A stretch of DNA of 64,000 nt, taken from positions 14,701,903-14,765,902 of the forward strand of contig CM082577.2 of NCBI GenBank assembly GCA_040954595.2, written 5' to 3'. A program made the translations under genes and the position numbers. Shown piece after piece: positions 1-12,227 of this stretch. The notes beneath the pieces were generated by a model. That model was not told the DNA's origin. It did no database searches and was given only the letters and a program-made list of their open reading frames with translations. Source of the DNA: Balanoglossus misakiensis (lineage: Eukaryota; Animalia; Hemichordata). Within the stretch, counting starts at the first letter, position 1, and each line of letters starts with the position of its first letter.

Positions 1-2329
1 GAATAAATCAAGCGACCTTTGCTAAATTTTCCCGATATATTTTGATATAAATATTAACCTAGACTTTGAAACTTCAAGGTCATTTCACCATCGCATAGAC
101 AATCTTGAACGTATATTTTCGGTACACCATGTTTGTACCGTGTTTAGTTAAGCAAATATTCATTTTTTGTGTTAGGAATGCAGCTGTTGATTTGTACATG
201 GGTTACCTTGGCAACATGATTTTTTTCTACAATGGCACATCTGTGTGAAGTCAAGATAATGTGTTTAAAAAGAACAGTATCTGGGCTTCTCGAAAAGGCA
301 TGGTGGAATGTGCTATCCAAATATCACATCTGATATTCGACAGCACTGCTTTAAAGATGTGAATCAAATATACATGTATATATGATATTACCATATTTCC
401 TGCAAAACACTTAATTTGAAACTCCCCAGTACGGTAGTGAGATGAAATAAAGAAACTGTATGGTAGTATGAGGATTCACGATGCAGAATTGTTTTTAATA
501 CTTGGCAATGAAATAATGCTGGATTATGATGACCAAATCAAATTCATAACAACTAGGAAATGAAAATTGATTATGTATAATTACAGATACAAGAGCCCCA
601 TTTCTGGATTCAAGGTGGGCCTCTCAACTGCAGATGGGAATTGCTTTAAATATACAATAGTATAAGCACCCTATTGATAGGCTCAGAAAATCTGGCCCCT
701 TTACTTCAACTCTGCTCAAGTTTATTCGGAGTGCTTCATACACCACATTTAGTTGATCAGGTAAGCTATTTGAAACTGTAATCATCAATATCCAGAATCT
801 GCTGTAAATTATCTGATCACAAAACAGTTTCTCTGCAGAGTCTGACTGACTTGCATTTTGTATATATACATAATTGTGCATTGTGCAAGTGTGTCCCAGT
901 TTGTGCGAACTTGAATAAAATGTGCAATTGTGTCATTTTAGAAAAATGTTTTTATTCCGGTTTGTACAAAAATACTTCGCCTTCTTTCAATCTGACAGCT
1001 TTGATACTCTAGCTGTGATACTTGATGTACATTCTTTGAAATTCCGGGAATACATATTACATTTATATATCAAACATGGATCCAAGGCAAATAGTCCAAA
1101 CACTAAAAATTCAAAGAACATATTAACTGAGTGGGGCTGTGTCATCAATGATTACTTGTTTATTGCAGTACAAAAAAGAATTCAGCAATGTTGGAGCGGC
1201 CCTGCAATTTCTGCGATCCACCTGCAGTGAAGACCTTATGGAAAACCCGAACACAGTATATTCAACTTTGCACGCAGAACCCACTGTAGAAGACTATATA
1301 TATCAATTTTTCTTTTGTAGAAGAGGCACAAGCAGGGCTACGTGATGCAACATATTCCAGTTAGTAGATAGCAAGGGCATTATCACGATTTGGGCTCTCT
1401 GATCATAAATTAATGTTGAGGGCGCGAATCTTAAAGCAATGTGAGTTTACAACCCCTGATCCAATTCCCGGTCAGTACCAGTCGCCGGTCAGTTCACGGA
1501 AAGAGCGTCCCCATTTGTTTCTCGCGATACTGACACAATACTTGAAACTCGTAATATTCCATGGGTATTCACATTGACAATCAGCTGAAGTTTCAGAGAC
1601 GTGCACGCTCGACTTGGCGCTGAAGCGATTGTTTTTTGAAGGCACGTATAGGCCTTATCGTTGTGTTATCGTTCAGTATGGTGTGAGGGTAGCTAGAAAA
1701 AAGGTGCAATTTTATATTCGTGCTGTCGAAGCTGTTTTTCGCTTTTTTCTTTGAAAATTACTTTCATAGTCCACGTTGATCCCTCATAAACAGGACTATA
1801 TATCAGATTTCCGATTTGACGCAATTTTTAGCACGCCTTTCACGTTTTCCGTAAAGAATGTAGTAGGCTAGTTACCGGTCATACACAATGCAAAGCTGGA
1901 CCCATGCGGGTTGCTTTTTTGTCATATATTCAAACCTTCCTTTTAAACCATCCTAAAGCCATTAAATTTCTCATTCCCCTGTAAAAATGCATTTAATTGA
2001 TCAAAAATATGTATAGGAGAGCATTCCCAGTTATAACTGTCAAACTGGAATTGGAAAACCCGGATGTCTCATAGTAATAATTCTTGGTGTTCACATTCTG
2101 GGCCGTTTAGATATTGGGCAGGGGTGTAATTGCCTTTGTGCATGAATTGATATTCTTAAAGAAAGTAAGTTTTGTCAGTTAATTTAACCTGAAAATATAT
2201 TTAAAAGGCTGGTAGGCAATGTGTGTATGATACTATAATGACTGTAATGGGCAAAAGTAAATAAACTTAAAACCAATATTATTTGTTATAGGTTTTCTAC
2301 AGTTTATTTTTTATCTTCTGTCATATTAG

Positions 2330-2513
2330 ACAGAAACTGTACCATGCCTGGGTTTAGACTGGTGTACAATCAGTGTGTTTTACCATGCACATGTATAACA
2401 ATCGACATCAGCAAGCCCACATTGAATGTGGTTTGGGTTGGTGCAGAAGGCTGCCCTCCAAACCATATCGCTGCACTTGTGGCAACCATAAAGACAACAG
2501 AGGCTACATGTCA
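2330..2513 (+). pseudogene. Candidate Cys/His-rich exon (PHD/zinc-finger-like), probably frameshifted
   Basis: Pyrimidine tract and TAG end at 2329; GTAAGT at 2514. Encodes ...AHIECGLGWCRRLPSKPYRCTCGNH. Domain identity is inference. Confidence 0.3.
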
Positions 2514-3290
2514 GTAAGTATATATTTACGTAACTTCCTTTTTTTCTTTAAAATATTTTTGGTTAAAAGCTCAACCTCAAATGTCGCCATATATATGTAT
2601 CCTCTTTGTCTGTAAAAACTTGCTGGATATTTTTCTCTCTCACATGATCACTCATGTGAGGTAATGTTATTGTGCATTCTGTGTGCATGTGTGTGTGTGC
2701 GTCTGTCTGTTAGCATGTTGGTGATACAGCGGCCAGTAAATTAATCAAGTTATATGTACATCATGCAAACCCTATGAAGGATAGTGTCAATTAAGACACT
2801 CCAGTCACGCTATACCGGTACACTTTCATCTACCTGGGACACAAAATCTCCCATGTGACATATTGTTTTCACTAGTGACAATTAACTGTCTGGTTTTTGA
2901 TCAACTTCCATATATTTCAAGAAGGTACAAAAGAAACCGATTGATGCTTATACTCTAGTCATTGCTTTGTCTGAAACATTTTTTTGCCAATTCATATAGT
3001 GAGATAACATGAATATTGATGACAGAAAATCAATTTTAAATGTCCCAAACTTTGATTTATAGCTTACGCATAGACTCTATCAGATTTAGTCAATGCATCA
3101 GTCTGTCACGGACTGGCTATGTATAAATACTGTATATTAGACCTATGAACTTTTGCATTTGGATGGGTATGACCGCAATTTTTTTATGTGGAAGATTACT
3201 GTATTAGACCCTGAAAACTTAAAACAAAATGTTCAATTGGATTTTTAGTTTAGTTAACTATTTTACCTTTTTAATTGATTTCTTTTCAAG

Positions 3291-3410
3291 GAATCCTCTC
3301 ATCGTAGCAGCTCAAAATGGCTGCTATGCTGCAGCATTTGGCATTTGTAAAGATGATATAAGCATGCTTGAATGCGAAAAATGTGGGTCATGGTGGCACT
3401 ATAAGTGTGC
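3291..3410 (+). pseudogene. PHD-finger-like exon truncated by a Penelope-like insertion
   Basis: Acceptor TTCTTTTCAAG ends at 3290. Translation CYAAAFGICKDDISMLECEKCGSWWHYKCA matches the PHD CxxC..WxHxxC core, then switches abruptly to PLE sequence (PPNLKQQIV). Confidence 0.55.
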
Positions 3411-3679
3411 CCCCCCCAATCTAAAACAACAGATTGTCAGCAGCAAATTACACCTGCCAACCAAACGCACGGAACTGTACCATGTCAGAAACCAAGGTGC
3501 AAACTGTGCCCCCACATCAACACGGCCACTGTCATAACAGGACCCAATAATAACACCTACAGAATAATAGGATCTTTCACCTGTGACTCAACCAACCTCA
3601 TTTATGCAATCACCTGCAAACAATGCCCACAAGCTGTATATTTAGGTCAAACTGGACAGTCACTGCGGAAACGCGTTAA

Positions 3680-4093
3680 GGATGTATGCGCAGAACATAA
3701 ACCGGAAACAGTGCGCGCCCGGTCTTTTTCCCATAGGATTACATTGAAAATTGCTAGAAAACAAACTTCTACTATTGTCATTTTCACAAAATTTTACCAA
3801 TAGCTCAGTCCAGCAAATATAAATTCATAGGTCAAATAAAATATCAGGGGTCACCGCGCTCTATTTTGAGATAAATTGCGTGAAAAATTTTGCCCATAGA
3901 CAAACCATTGGTGAAAATTGCTGAGTCAGCAGTTTTCTTCTATTATCAACTAAATTCATGGCTCTGTATTTCAAAAACAAGCGCGGTGACCCCTATATTT
4001 TATTACGGATTTTCATCATACATACAAAGGAGAATCCAAAAATCCACAATTAAAAAAAATGACAATACTTTCAATTTTACTGAACGTACATCC
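3680..4093. mobile_element. Non-autonomous DNA transposon (MITE) with TTAA TSD and GG..CC ends (Kolobok-type signature)
   Basis: TTAA at 3676-3679 and 4094-4097. Imperfect TIR GGATGTATGCGCAG / rc GGATGTACGTTCAG. Internal inverted repeat AGGGGTCACCGCGCT / AGCGCGGTGACCCCT. Removing it restores the codons AAA CGC GTT AAC AAC CAC. Confidence 0.85.
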
Positions 4094-4528
4094 TTAACAA
4101 CCACAGATTTGACATACAGAATGGTAACATACACAAACCCGTTAGTGAACATTTCAACAGACCAGGACATTCCATAACTGACTTTACCGTGACAGCCCTA
4201 AAAAAAGCAAATTATAAAAAGAACCGTGATCATGAAGTAGATGAACTTAAGTTAATTGAACATTTTGACTGTGTGGATATGGGACTTAACCGGGACTATG
4301 GTTTTATGTCACACTACAAATAACTGTTAGTTTTCTGCAGTCCACCACCCCATTTACACATTTGCATTCCTATTAACATTTCTGAGTTTGTATAGTAAAA
4401 CAGGGTCAGTCCAACTACAGTATGTGTTCCCAATGGTGAAACTCGGCTGCTTGAGTAGTATGGATGAGTTCGATGAGGAGACAAGCGTCGGGTTTCATAA
4501 AAAGTTTTATTGTTAAAAACTTGTTCTA

Positions 4529-4566
4529 CCAACGTTTCGATCCTTCACTGAGGATCTTCTTCAGGG
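4529..4566 (-). ncRNA. Minimal hammerhead-ribozyme-like motif (mirror copy)
   Basis: Exact reverse complement of 8435-8472. Confidence 0.65.
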
Positions 4567-4927
4567 ATCTAAAAATAGCAAAATGTAGGTGGAAAATAAA
4601 AATGAGCTGTATGGTCAAAATCTCATTGAGTATTGTATAAATAAAGTCTGAAACGAAGACAAAATTAAAAACAGTCGGGACTGCAGTTGGACATGCGGAC
4701 AAAAAATTAGACTTGAGTAAAATGACAACTTGTAAAACGGAATGATAAAAATAAATGTAGAGAGACAAGACAAAAGAAACTTACTCAGCGGTGATGGTCT
4801 GAATGTGGTCTGAATAAAGACAAAGAGGACTCCCTAGTGTGGGAGGAAAAATCAAACGGACTGCCTAGCAGTAAACAAAGACTATAGGTGGTGGGAAAAA
4901 TATGAATATGAATGAAAGAAAAAAGTT

Positions 4928-7230
4928 CTACCAGTCCTTTTTGTTGATACCAGTGGGTGAAAGGGTACCGAGTGCATTAATAATTTTGAGTTCCAGTTGC
5001 TTTCTTATTTTGTCGTGTCTCGAATATACTTTGCACAGACCAGTGAATTGGAAATGGTCAATGTTGTGATCAGGTTCATGGAAGTGATGAGCGACTAGAG
5101 TGTCTTTGTGTGTACGGATACTGTAAAGGTGTTCGTTGATTCTGATACGGAGTTCCCGTTTTGTTTCCCCGATGTACAATTTGTCGCATTTGATACAGAC
5201 GATGGCATAAATGATGTTGCGAGTATTACATGTCAGTTGGCCGATGATATGATGCGATTTGTTATTCACCTTGTTGATTAATTTGTGTTCATTGGTCTGG
5301 ATCATAAATTTGCATGTTCTACAGTTGTTACAGGGTTTACAGAGTCCTGGGTCAGCGTCTTTAGTTCTTGTCGTAAGGCCGGCTCTGACTATCATCTTCC
5401 TTAGGTTGGGTGGTTGTCTATAAGCGACAAAAGGGGGCGCGGTGAATGTCTCCCTTGTAGACTGATTAGATGCAAGTATGTGCCAGTGCTTTCTAATTAT
5501 TGTCGATATGCTGGGAAGGGCCGGGTGGTGTGTGATGACAAATGGTATACGTTCGGATGAGTTGGTGTTTTTGTCTTGGTAGTTGATGAGTCGGTCACGT
5601 GGGATGCTTCTTACTTGATTGATGGCATTAGAGATCGCTGATTTTTTGTAGTTGCGTTGGATGAAGTGGTCCTGAAGTTTCTTGGTTTCTTCATTGTAGA
5701 GATCTGTTGTAGAGCAGATGCGTCTATATCGCAGGGCCTGTCCCTTGGGGATCGCTTTAAAGATATGGCGTGGATGGCAGGATGATGGAAGTAGAAACGT
5801 GTGCTTGTCAGTAGGTTTGCTGTAGATGGTCGTATGAATAGTGTTATCCTTGATCATCATATTGGTGTCCAGAAATGGAACTTCAAGTGGGCTGTGTTCT
5901 ATGGTGAATTTCAGGGATGGGTGGATGGAGTTGCAGTATTCATGGAATTTAACAAGTTGGTCGGGCCCATGAGTCCAAATATAGCGGATGTCATCAATGA
6001 ATCTTTTCCAATTTTGTGGTTGTAGAGGACAGTTGGCAAGGATGTATTTTTCTAGTTTGCCCATAGCGATGTTCGCATAGGAAGGCGCGACCTTACTGCC
6101 CATGGCTGTGCCGTGAACTTGCAGATAGAATCTCTCGTTGAATTGGAAGTAGTTTTTGGTGAGAATGAATTCGAGCATTTCTGTGATGAGCGTAGGGTTA
6201 GGTGTGGTGATGTTGTGTTCCTCCAAAGCTTCCTGTACTGCTTGGATGCCGTAGTCGTGGGGTATATTGGTGTACAGAGAAACGACGTCCATGGTGACGA
6301 GGATGCTATTGTCCGGTACTGTGCTATTTTCTATGTCCTGCAGGTGGTGAGTGGTGTCCTTGAGGTATGATGGAAGCTTTTTGACGATGGGTTGAAGGAT
6401 GTGATCGACATATTGTGCAAGTGGGGTGGTGACAGCTTGGTGCTGTGGTACTATGGGGCGAAGTGGTGAATTTTGTTTGTGAATTTTCGGCAGACCATAG
6501 AAGTTGCCTGGTTTGGGTTCTTTTTGTATGAGTTTTTTGGCGATGTCCTGTGGGATCCATTTCTTGTTCATCCATTTCTTTACCTTCTTCTCAAGTTCAT
6601 TTTGGTATTGGTTTGTGGGGTCATGGTCTAGTTCTCTGTAGAATAAACGGTCTTGTAGTATGTTCTGACATGTATCAATGTAGCTTGCTGTGTCCATGAC
6701 TACAATACCCCCACCTTTGTCGGCCGGTTTAATTGTGAGGTCCGCCCTGTCGACAAGTTTTCGGAGAGCAGCTCTTTCTTCTTTGCTGATATTATCATAA
6801 GTTTTCTTGCGAATCTTATCATTTAGGACTTCTTCTTCGACGGCAGTGAGGAAAGCTTCTAGGGTGGTACTTTCATTCGGAGGTGGGTTAAAGCCAGATT
6901 TCTCCCGATTAAATGGACCACACTTGATCGGTTGTATAGCATTTTGGTCGTCATGTCTGTTTCTGTATTTATAGCGTAATCTGCATTTTCGTTTGAATTC
7001 TTGAATGTCGGAGTAGAGTTCTCTGGTATTAATATTTGTGGGGGTCGGGCAGAATGTAAGACCTTTGGAGAGCACACTTACTTCCGCTGGGGTAAGTTGA
7101 CTTGAGGAGAGGTTGGTGACTGTTGAAATCGTGTCCTGTGCAGCTGTTTGTTTAGACTTGGCCTTCGTTCTTGGTCTGTTATTGCGTCGGTTCCTGGAAA
7201 AGTGTCGAAGTGGTTTCTTTCTGTGATTAT
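4928..7230 (-). CDS. Penelope-like reverse transcriptase / GIY-YIG endonuclease, uninterrupted but 5'-truncated
   Basis: Motifs VTNLS..LSKGLTFCP, KPADKGGG, FYGLPKIHK, PLRPIV, MDVVSLYTNIP, GTAMGS, RFIDD, FLD, CxxCxxC, NIIYAIVC..LYIGETKR. The frame stays open upstream of 7075 up to the inversion junction at 7230. Confidence 0.93.
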
Positions 7231-8073
7231 CGCCATATCTTTAAAGCGATCCCCAAGGGACAGGCCCTGCGATATAGACGCATCTGCTCTACAACAGATC
7301 TCTACAATGAAGAAACCAAGAAACTTCAGGACCACTTCATCCAACGCAACTACAAAAAATCAGCGATCTCTAATGCCATCAATCAAGTAAGAAGCATCCC
7401 ACGTGACCGACTCATCAACTACCAAGACAAAAACACCAACTCATCCGAACGTATACCATTTGTCATCACACACCACCCGGCCCTTCCCAGCATATCGACA
7501 ATAATTAGAAAGCACTGGCACATACTTGCATCTAATCAGTCTACAAGGGAGACATTCACCGCGCCCCCTTTTGTCGCTTATAGACAACCACCCAACCTAA
7601 GGAAGATGATAGTCAGAGCCGGCCTTACGACAAGAACTAAAGACGCTGACCCAGGACTCTGTAAACCCTGTAACAACTGTAGAACATGCAAATTTATGAT
7701 CCAGACCAATGAACACAAATTAATCAACAAGGTGAATAACAAATCGCATCATATCATCGGCCAACTGACATGTAATACTCGCAACATCATTTATGCCATC
7801 GTCTGTATCAAATGCGACAAATTGTACATCGGGGAAACAAAACGGGAACTCCGTATCAGAATCAACGAACACCTTTACAGTATCCGTACACACAAAGACA
7901 CTCTAGTCGCTCATCACTTCCATGAACCTGATCACAACATTGACCATTTCCAATTCACTGGTCTGTGCAAAGTATATTCGAGACACGACAAAATAAGAAA
8001 GCAACTGGAACTCAAAATTATTAATGCACTCGGTACCCTTTCACCCACTGGTATCAACAAAAAGGACTGGTAG
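7231..8073 (+). pseudogene. Inverted duplicate of the PLE C-terminus (RT thumb + GIY-YIG)
   Basis: Translation from RHIFKAIPKG to GINKKDW is identical to the end of the minus-strand ORF. Confidence 0.9.
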
Positions 8074-8216
8074 AACTTTTTTCTTTCATTCATATTCATA
8101 TTTTTCCCACCACCTATAGTCTTTGTTTACTGCTAGGCAGTCCGTTTGATTTTTCCTCCCACACTAGGGAGTCCTCTTTGTCTTTATTCAGACCACATTC
8201 AGACCATCACCGCTGA

Positions 8217-8432
8217 GTAAGTTTCTTTTGTCTTGTCTCTCTACATTTATTTTTATCATTCCGTTTTACAAGTTGTCATTTTACTCAAGTCTAATTTTTT
8301 GTCCGCATGTCCAACTGCAGTCCCGACTGTTTTTAATTTTGTCTTCGTTTCAGACTTTATTTATACAATACTCAATGAGATTTTGACCATACAGCTCATT
8401 TTTATTTTCCACCTACATTTTGCTATTTTTAG
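8217..8432 (+). other. Candidate retained intron in the PLE terminal repeat
   Basis: GTAAGT at 8217-8222, T-rich body, TTTTTAG ending at 8432. Penelope elements are known to retain an intron in this region. A mirror copy lies on the minus strand. Confidence 0.55.
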
Positions 8433-8434
8433 AT

Positions 8435-8472
8435 CCCTGAAGAAGATCCTCAGTGAAGGATCGAAACGTTGG
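8435..8472 (+). ncRNA. Minimal hammerhead-ribozyme-like motif of the inner PLE
   Basis: CC-CTGAAGA-A-GATCCT(cagtga)AGGATC-GAA-ACGT-T-GG: core boxes, 6-bp stem II, palindromic stem III. AATAAA at 8490. Confidence 0.65.
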
Positions 8473-8649
8473 TAGAACAAGTTTTTAACAATAAAACTTT
8501 TTATGAAACCCGACGCTTGTCTCCTCATCGAACTAACATTTCTATTGTTCTATTTTCACACTCAACTCTTCTTTTGTTTTCCTGGGCACCTGGTCCTGCA
8601 AATATTTTCTAATTTGAATACCCCATGATTCTCTGTTCATTCCACGAGT

Positions 8650-8690
8650 GCATCTGAAGAAGGGGACTATATGTTCCCGAAAGCTTATGC
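8650..8690 (+). ncRNA. Minimal hammerhead-ribozyme-like motif of the outer PLE
   Basis: GCAT-CTGAAGA-A-GGGGAC(tatat)GTTCCC-GAA-AGCT-T-ATGC: stem I GCAT/ATGC, stem II with one GU pair, palindromic stem III. Confidence 0.72.
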
Positions 8691-9353
8691 TGAAATTTAA
8701 TTGTTGATCAAAGAGTGGTACAGAACTTTATTGCATATTGTACCGAAGATCAACACGGCAATATTCCGAATTGATAACAGAATAAGTAAGAAGTAATTAC
8801 ACAGGATTTATTCCCAATCGATTTGCATAAAAAACTTTAATATTTATTTTTGACAATGTTTTTCTTGTATTTACATGTCTTACTTTACTTTAAAGGAATA
8901 CAAATGTTGAAAGCAAAACTTCAGATTTGTTAGTGTATTCATTACTGCTTAAACAACATTATCCATAGTTAATGATACTGTAGCATCAGAACACTTAACT
9001 GACATAAGTTTGTCACACTAAATCTGACAAGTATAAACCATCTAAACTTAGATACAAGCCTCAAAAGGTCATTGATGAGGTTCTAGATTTTTGTCACTGT
9101 GGGAAAAAGATTCATAGAGACAATGTAAAATGTGATCTCTGCGAGCATCCTATTATGCATTATATTGGAGAAAGTGTTTCTACCCAGACAATCAGTGATA
9201 AATCAAAATCTTTATTAGGGTAGAAAGCATTGATACCACAATGAGACGAAAATGTTCTATAGATTTTCCATCTCTTTTCAATTCGTGTGTTCCGAGTTCT
9301 CAATAAAGTAGAAAGTTCATAGACTCTGAATGGGGATATGTTGACGTTACGTC

Positions 9354-9855
9354 ATGGAAAACATCCGTCGCAAGCGAGTTCCTGACCTGAGAAAGTTTTT
9401 GTCGGAACGTGGTATAACTTGCTGTAATACCAGGAAATTTAGACTGATTCAGCTAGTGCAGTTAGCCATAGAACTGGGTGTTCGGCCACTAGAGCCTGGT
9501 GACCAGGAAATTTCGAGTAAAAATAGGCGGACGGTAGCAGACAATCGCGACCCCGCCAAAAGCAATTCTATCACTTTGCCTGATCCGGCGACGATCACCG
9601 AGTAGGTCAGCGACCTCCATTCTCTTCCTGCAATAGAAATTGCCAATAATTTGATAAATCTTTTTGACAAATGTGACTGGACACGGGAAAGGCTTCCTGA
9701 CTATCGAAACGATAATGGATTTCTGCTATTTAGGACACATCGTCAATTTGAAACTTCACCATGTTACAAATACTTAATACATGTATGTTATGGCGGATTG
9801 TGTCCGCGAAACATCACAGCGTGAAAAACCATATCGTACATGGTTTCTTATAAGA
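9354..9855 (+). pseudogene. Decayed transposon accessory gene: SAP-like N-terminus and pre-SWIM region
   Basis: RVPDLRKFLSERGI..RKFRLIQLV (SAP-like); after a stop, LHSLPAIEI..DNGFLLF and YVMADCVRETSQREKPYRTW. This resembles the region that precedes SWIM/YqaJ in DNA transposons (inference). Confidence 0.5.
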
Positions 9856-10599
9856 CGTACCATATGTATGTATGAACATGTATGTTTGTATGTATGTACA
9901 TGTATGTCTTCAGTGATGATTTTATTTCTACATGTTAGATCATGGCAGGCACCACTACCAAACATGGACATTCTCTAACATTGGCGGAGTCTATATGCCA
10001 CAGAAAATAAACTAATGTAACACCGAAGATTACTTTTTGTTTGGCGCTGTTTGCAAGTGTATTAGAATTATTGATTTTTAACATGAGCCACACAAAAAAA
10101 AGAAAAATCACCAAGTGTACATCGCTGATGGTGAAGTTTCATTATCTCTTCATTATATTAGTTCTATATAGAAATGTGATTTTTTTTGTTCAACTCAATA
10201 GTCAAAGGTTCGTGGCACTCATGTGTTTCAGTTGCATGGAGTAGAACAAGATTTTTACTTCACAACTACAAACAGCAATGTAATTCTTTTCATTTTTTAG
10301 CGCAAGTTCAACAGGGACAGAAACCCTGTGGAGAAAGGGATTTTGGTCCCTTACCAAGATTGGTATATAGCCTCCAGGGAAAAGCTGAAGTATGACAGTG
10401 TGGTTCGCGAAGACGAGGAAATATATGCTGTAGACAGTGACTAAACATGTTACATGATGCAGTGCGAATTCTGTTGCAGTACTCTCATTGTCATCATACT
10501 TCCAGGCTGTACACGGAGAAAAATGGGCTGGGAATGTATACCAGAAGCTTCTGCATCTGGCCACTTCTTCATTAACACCTCAATGCCATGTGACAGTTG

Positions 10600-10830
10600 A
10601 GTGAGTGAGAATCTAAAATTTGTTTCTGAATTATCTGAAGGACAGGATGGTATAATCATATATGACAATAGTGTTAAGAGAAAGGTATTCCGCAGTAGTA
10701 TGCTTACATTTCTGACAAATTTGGGTATAAATCTCCAACAGAGATTTGAACAAAACAATTTGATCAAGGAATTCAGTATTTTTGTGTCTCTTCTCCACTG
10801 TACTCTCAATATGGCAATGAGGAAATAGCA
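10600..10830 (+). pseudogene. Possible hAT (ZNF862-like) transposase remnant
   Basis: FLTNLGINLQQRFEQNNLIKEFSIF resembles the hAT 'FL..L..NL..RF...FSIF' segment. Short and degenerate. Confidence 0.35.
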
Positions 10831-12227
10831 ACTCTCTCTGGTCACTTTGGCATTGCAAAGGGGGAGCATTGTTCTGTTATAAATTCTGAGGGCCTAATAT
10901 ATGAGTGGTGCATTGTGAAAGAAATTCTCAGTGAAAATTACAGGGGATGGTCATTTTAAGAATTATATCCAAACATTTGCGAATCAGTTGATTTATGCTT
11001 AGTAAAATCCTTAATTTCAGTACAGCTTTTTCTGCGTTGAACATCTCTTTATTCTACCCGCTTGAGATGACCCGTTTGGTCCCATCTACTCCATCAGGAA
11101 GTTTGGATGAGTTGTTTGACCGCCAATACTCAAATTTCCCCCAGGGTGCCGAACACAACATCAAATCTCTAGCTTACCTACGGTTTGGATGAATTCCATT
11201 CTACAAAGGTTATGCAGAGCCATTTGATGCCCGCATACTCAACAGCTGGAAATCACTGAAATAGGTATGTTTCATACATTACTCATAACCTGTTTAGAAA
11301 GAAAACAAAATGTACGTCTCCTATGTGGCCAAGGCAAGTGAATTCATGCAAACCTGATTAAAGGCAGATATGGCATTTTTCTCTGAGTTAATTATCACAT
11401 TATTGTTAGTTCTTCGCTGTTCTGATTTCCTGGTAGTCAGCCCCTGCTTCTCTACATCCAACCAATGAACAACCCATTATGTAGATGTCAACTTAAAATT
11501 ATAGGCCTCTTAATTTGGAAACCTAAGGATGGTCAATTTTAGTTTCCAAACTAAAGATACCAATAAACGATCTCCAAAGTAATTACTTGCAAGAAAACAA
11601 GCTTAGTTTGGAAACCTAAAGATACTCACTTGGGTTTCGAAATTTAATTTCCAAGAGGGATTTATAGGTTTCTACAGGCCTCACTTGAGTGTTCAAATTC
11701 ATGGAAACCTTGAGATGGCTAATTTTAGAAAAATTGGCTATCGTATAGCTTATGAACAACTAAAAAGCTGTATATTTTCGTGTGAGATACTCCAAACTTT
11801 TTTCCAAGTGGTACCTTGTGGGCAGAAAGTGATGGATAAATCTCTCAACAATTTCTAACAGAATTCTATCATCCACTACAAATAATGATATCAGAAGTCG
11901 AGATATCTCCACAGAAGAAGTGGGTTTGCGTTGTAAGAAAAATCCATGATGTGAGTACTGTGAAACATTGCGCAAATAGCATCACTTTTTTCTCCCATTT
12001 ATACTATACAACCATGGCTTCTCAACTCACCTCAGCTCAAAATTACTGCCATTGATTCATCATTTTGCAGTACAATTTTTAAAAAGCAACTGACTCAAAT
12101 AACAACTACCCTTGCACTATTTCTCCACAACATTTATTACACGTAATTATTAACAATCAATGTTTTGCATTTTCTTTCCACCACAGTATGAATCAGTGAC
12201 ATACATCGAATTCCACGAAAAGAGGTA

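Larger units (their letters stand above)
4384..8533 (-). mobile_element. Young Penelope-like element with inverted 3' duplication
   Basis: Direct repeat TAACATTTCT at 4374-4383 and 8534-8543 (TSD). 4467-5770 is the reverse complement of 7231-8534. RT + GIY-YIG ORF on the minus strand. Confidence 0.93.
3410..8775 (+). mobile_element. Older 5'-truncated Penelope-like element (GIY-YIG C-terminus + 3' terminal repeat), interrupted twice
   Basis: PPNLK..CQKPRCKLC..FTCDSTNLIYAITCKQC..YLGQTGQSLRKRV (3410-3679) resumes in frame at 4098 as NNHRFDI..PVSEHFN..GLNRDYGFMSHYK* (stop ~4323). The 3' non-coding part resumes after 8543 and carries a hammerhead motif. The right boundary is approximate. Confidence 0.85.

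Noticed and set aside
7171-8073. Independent 300-aa GIY-YIG nuclease gene
   Set aside because: The first 20 codons are antisense PLE sequence with a TTG start; the rest is the inverted duplicate.
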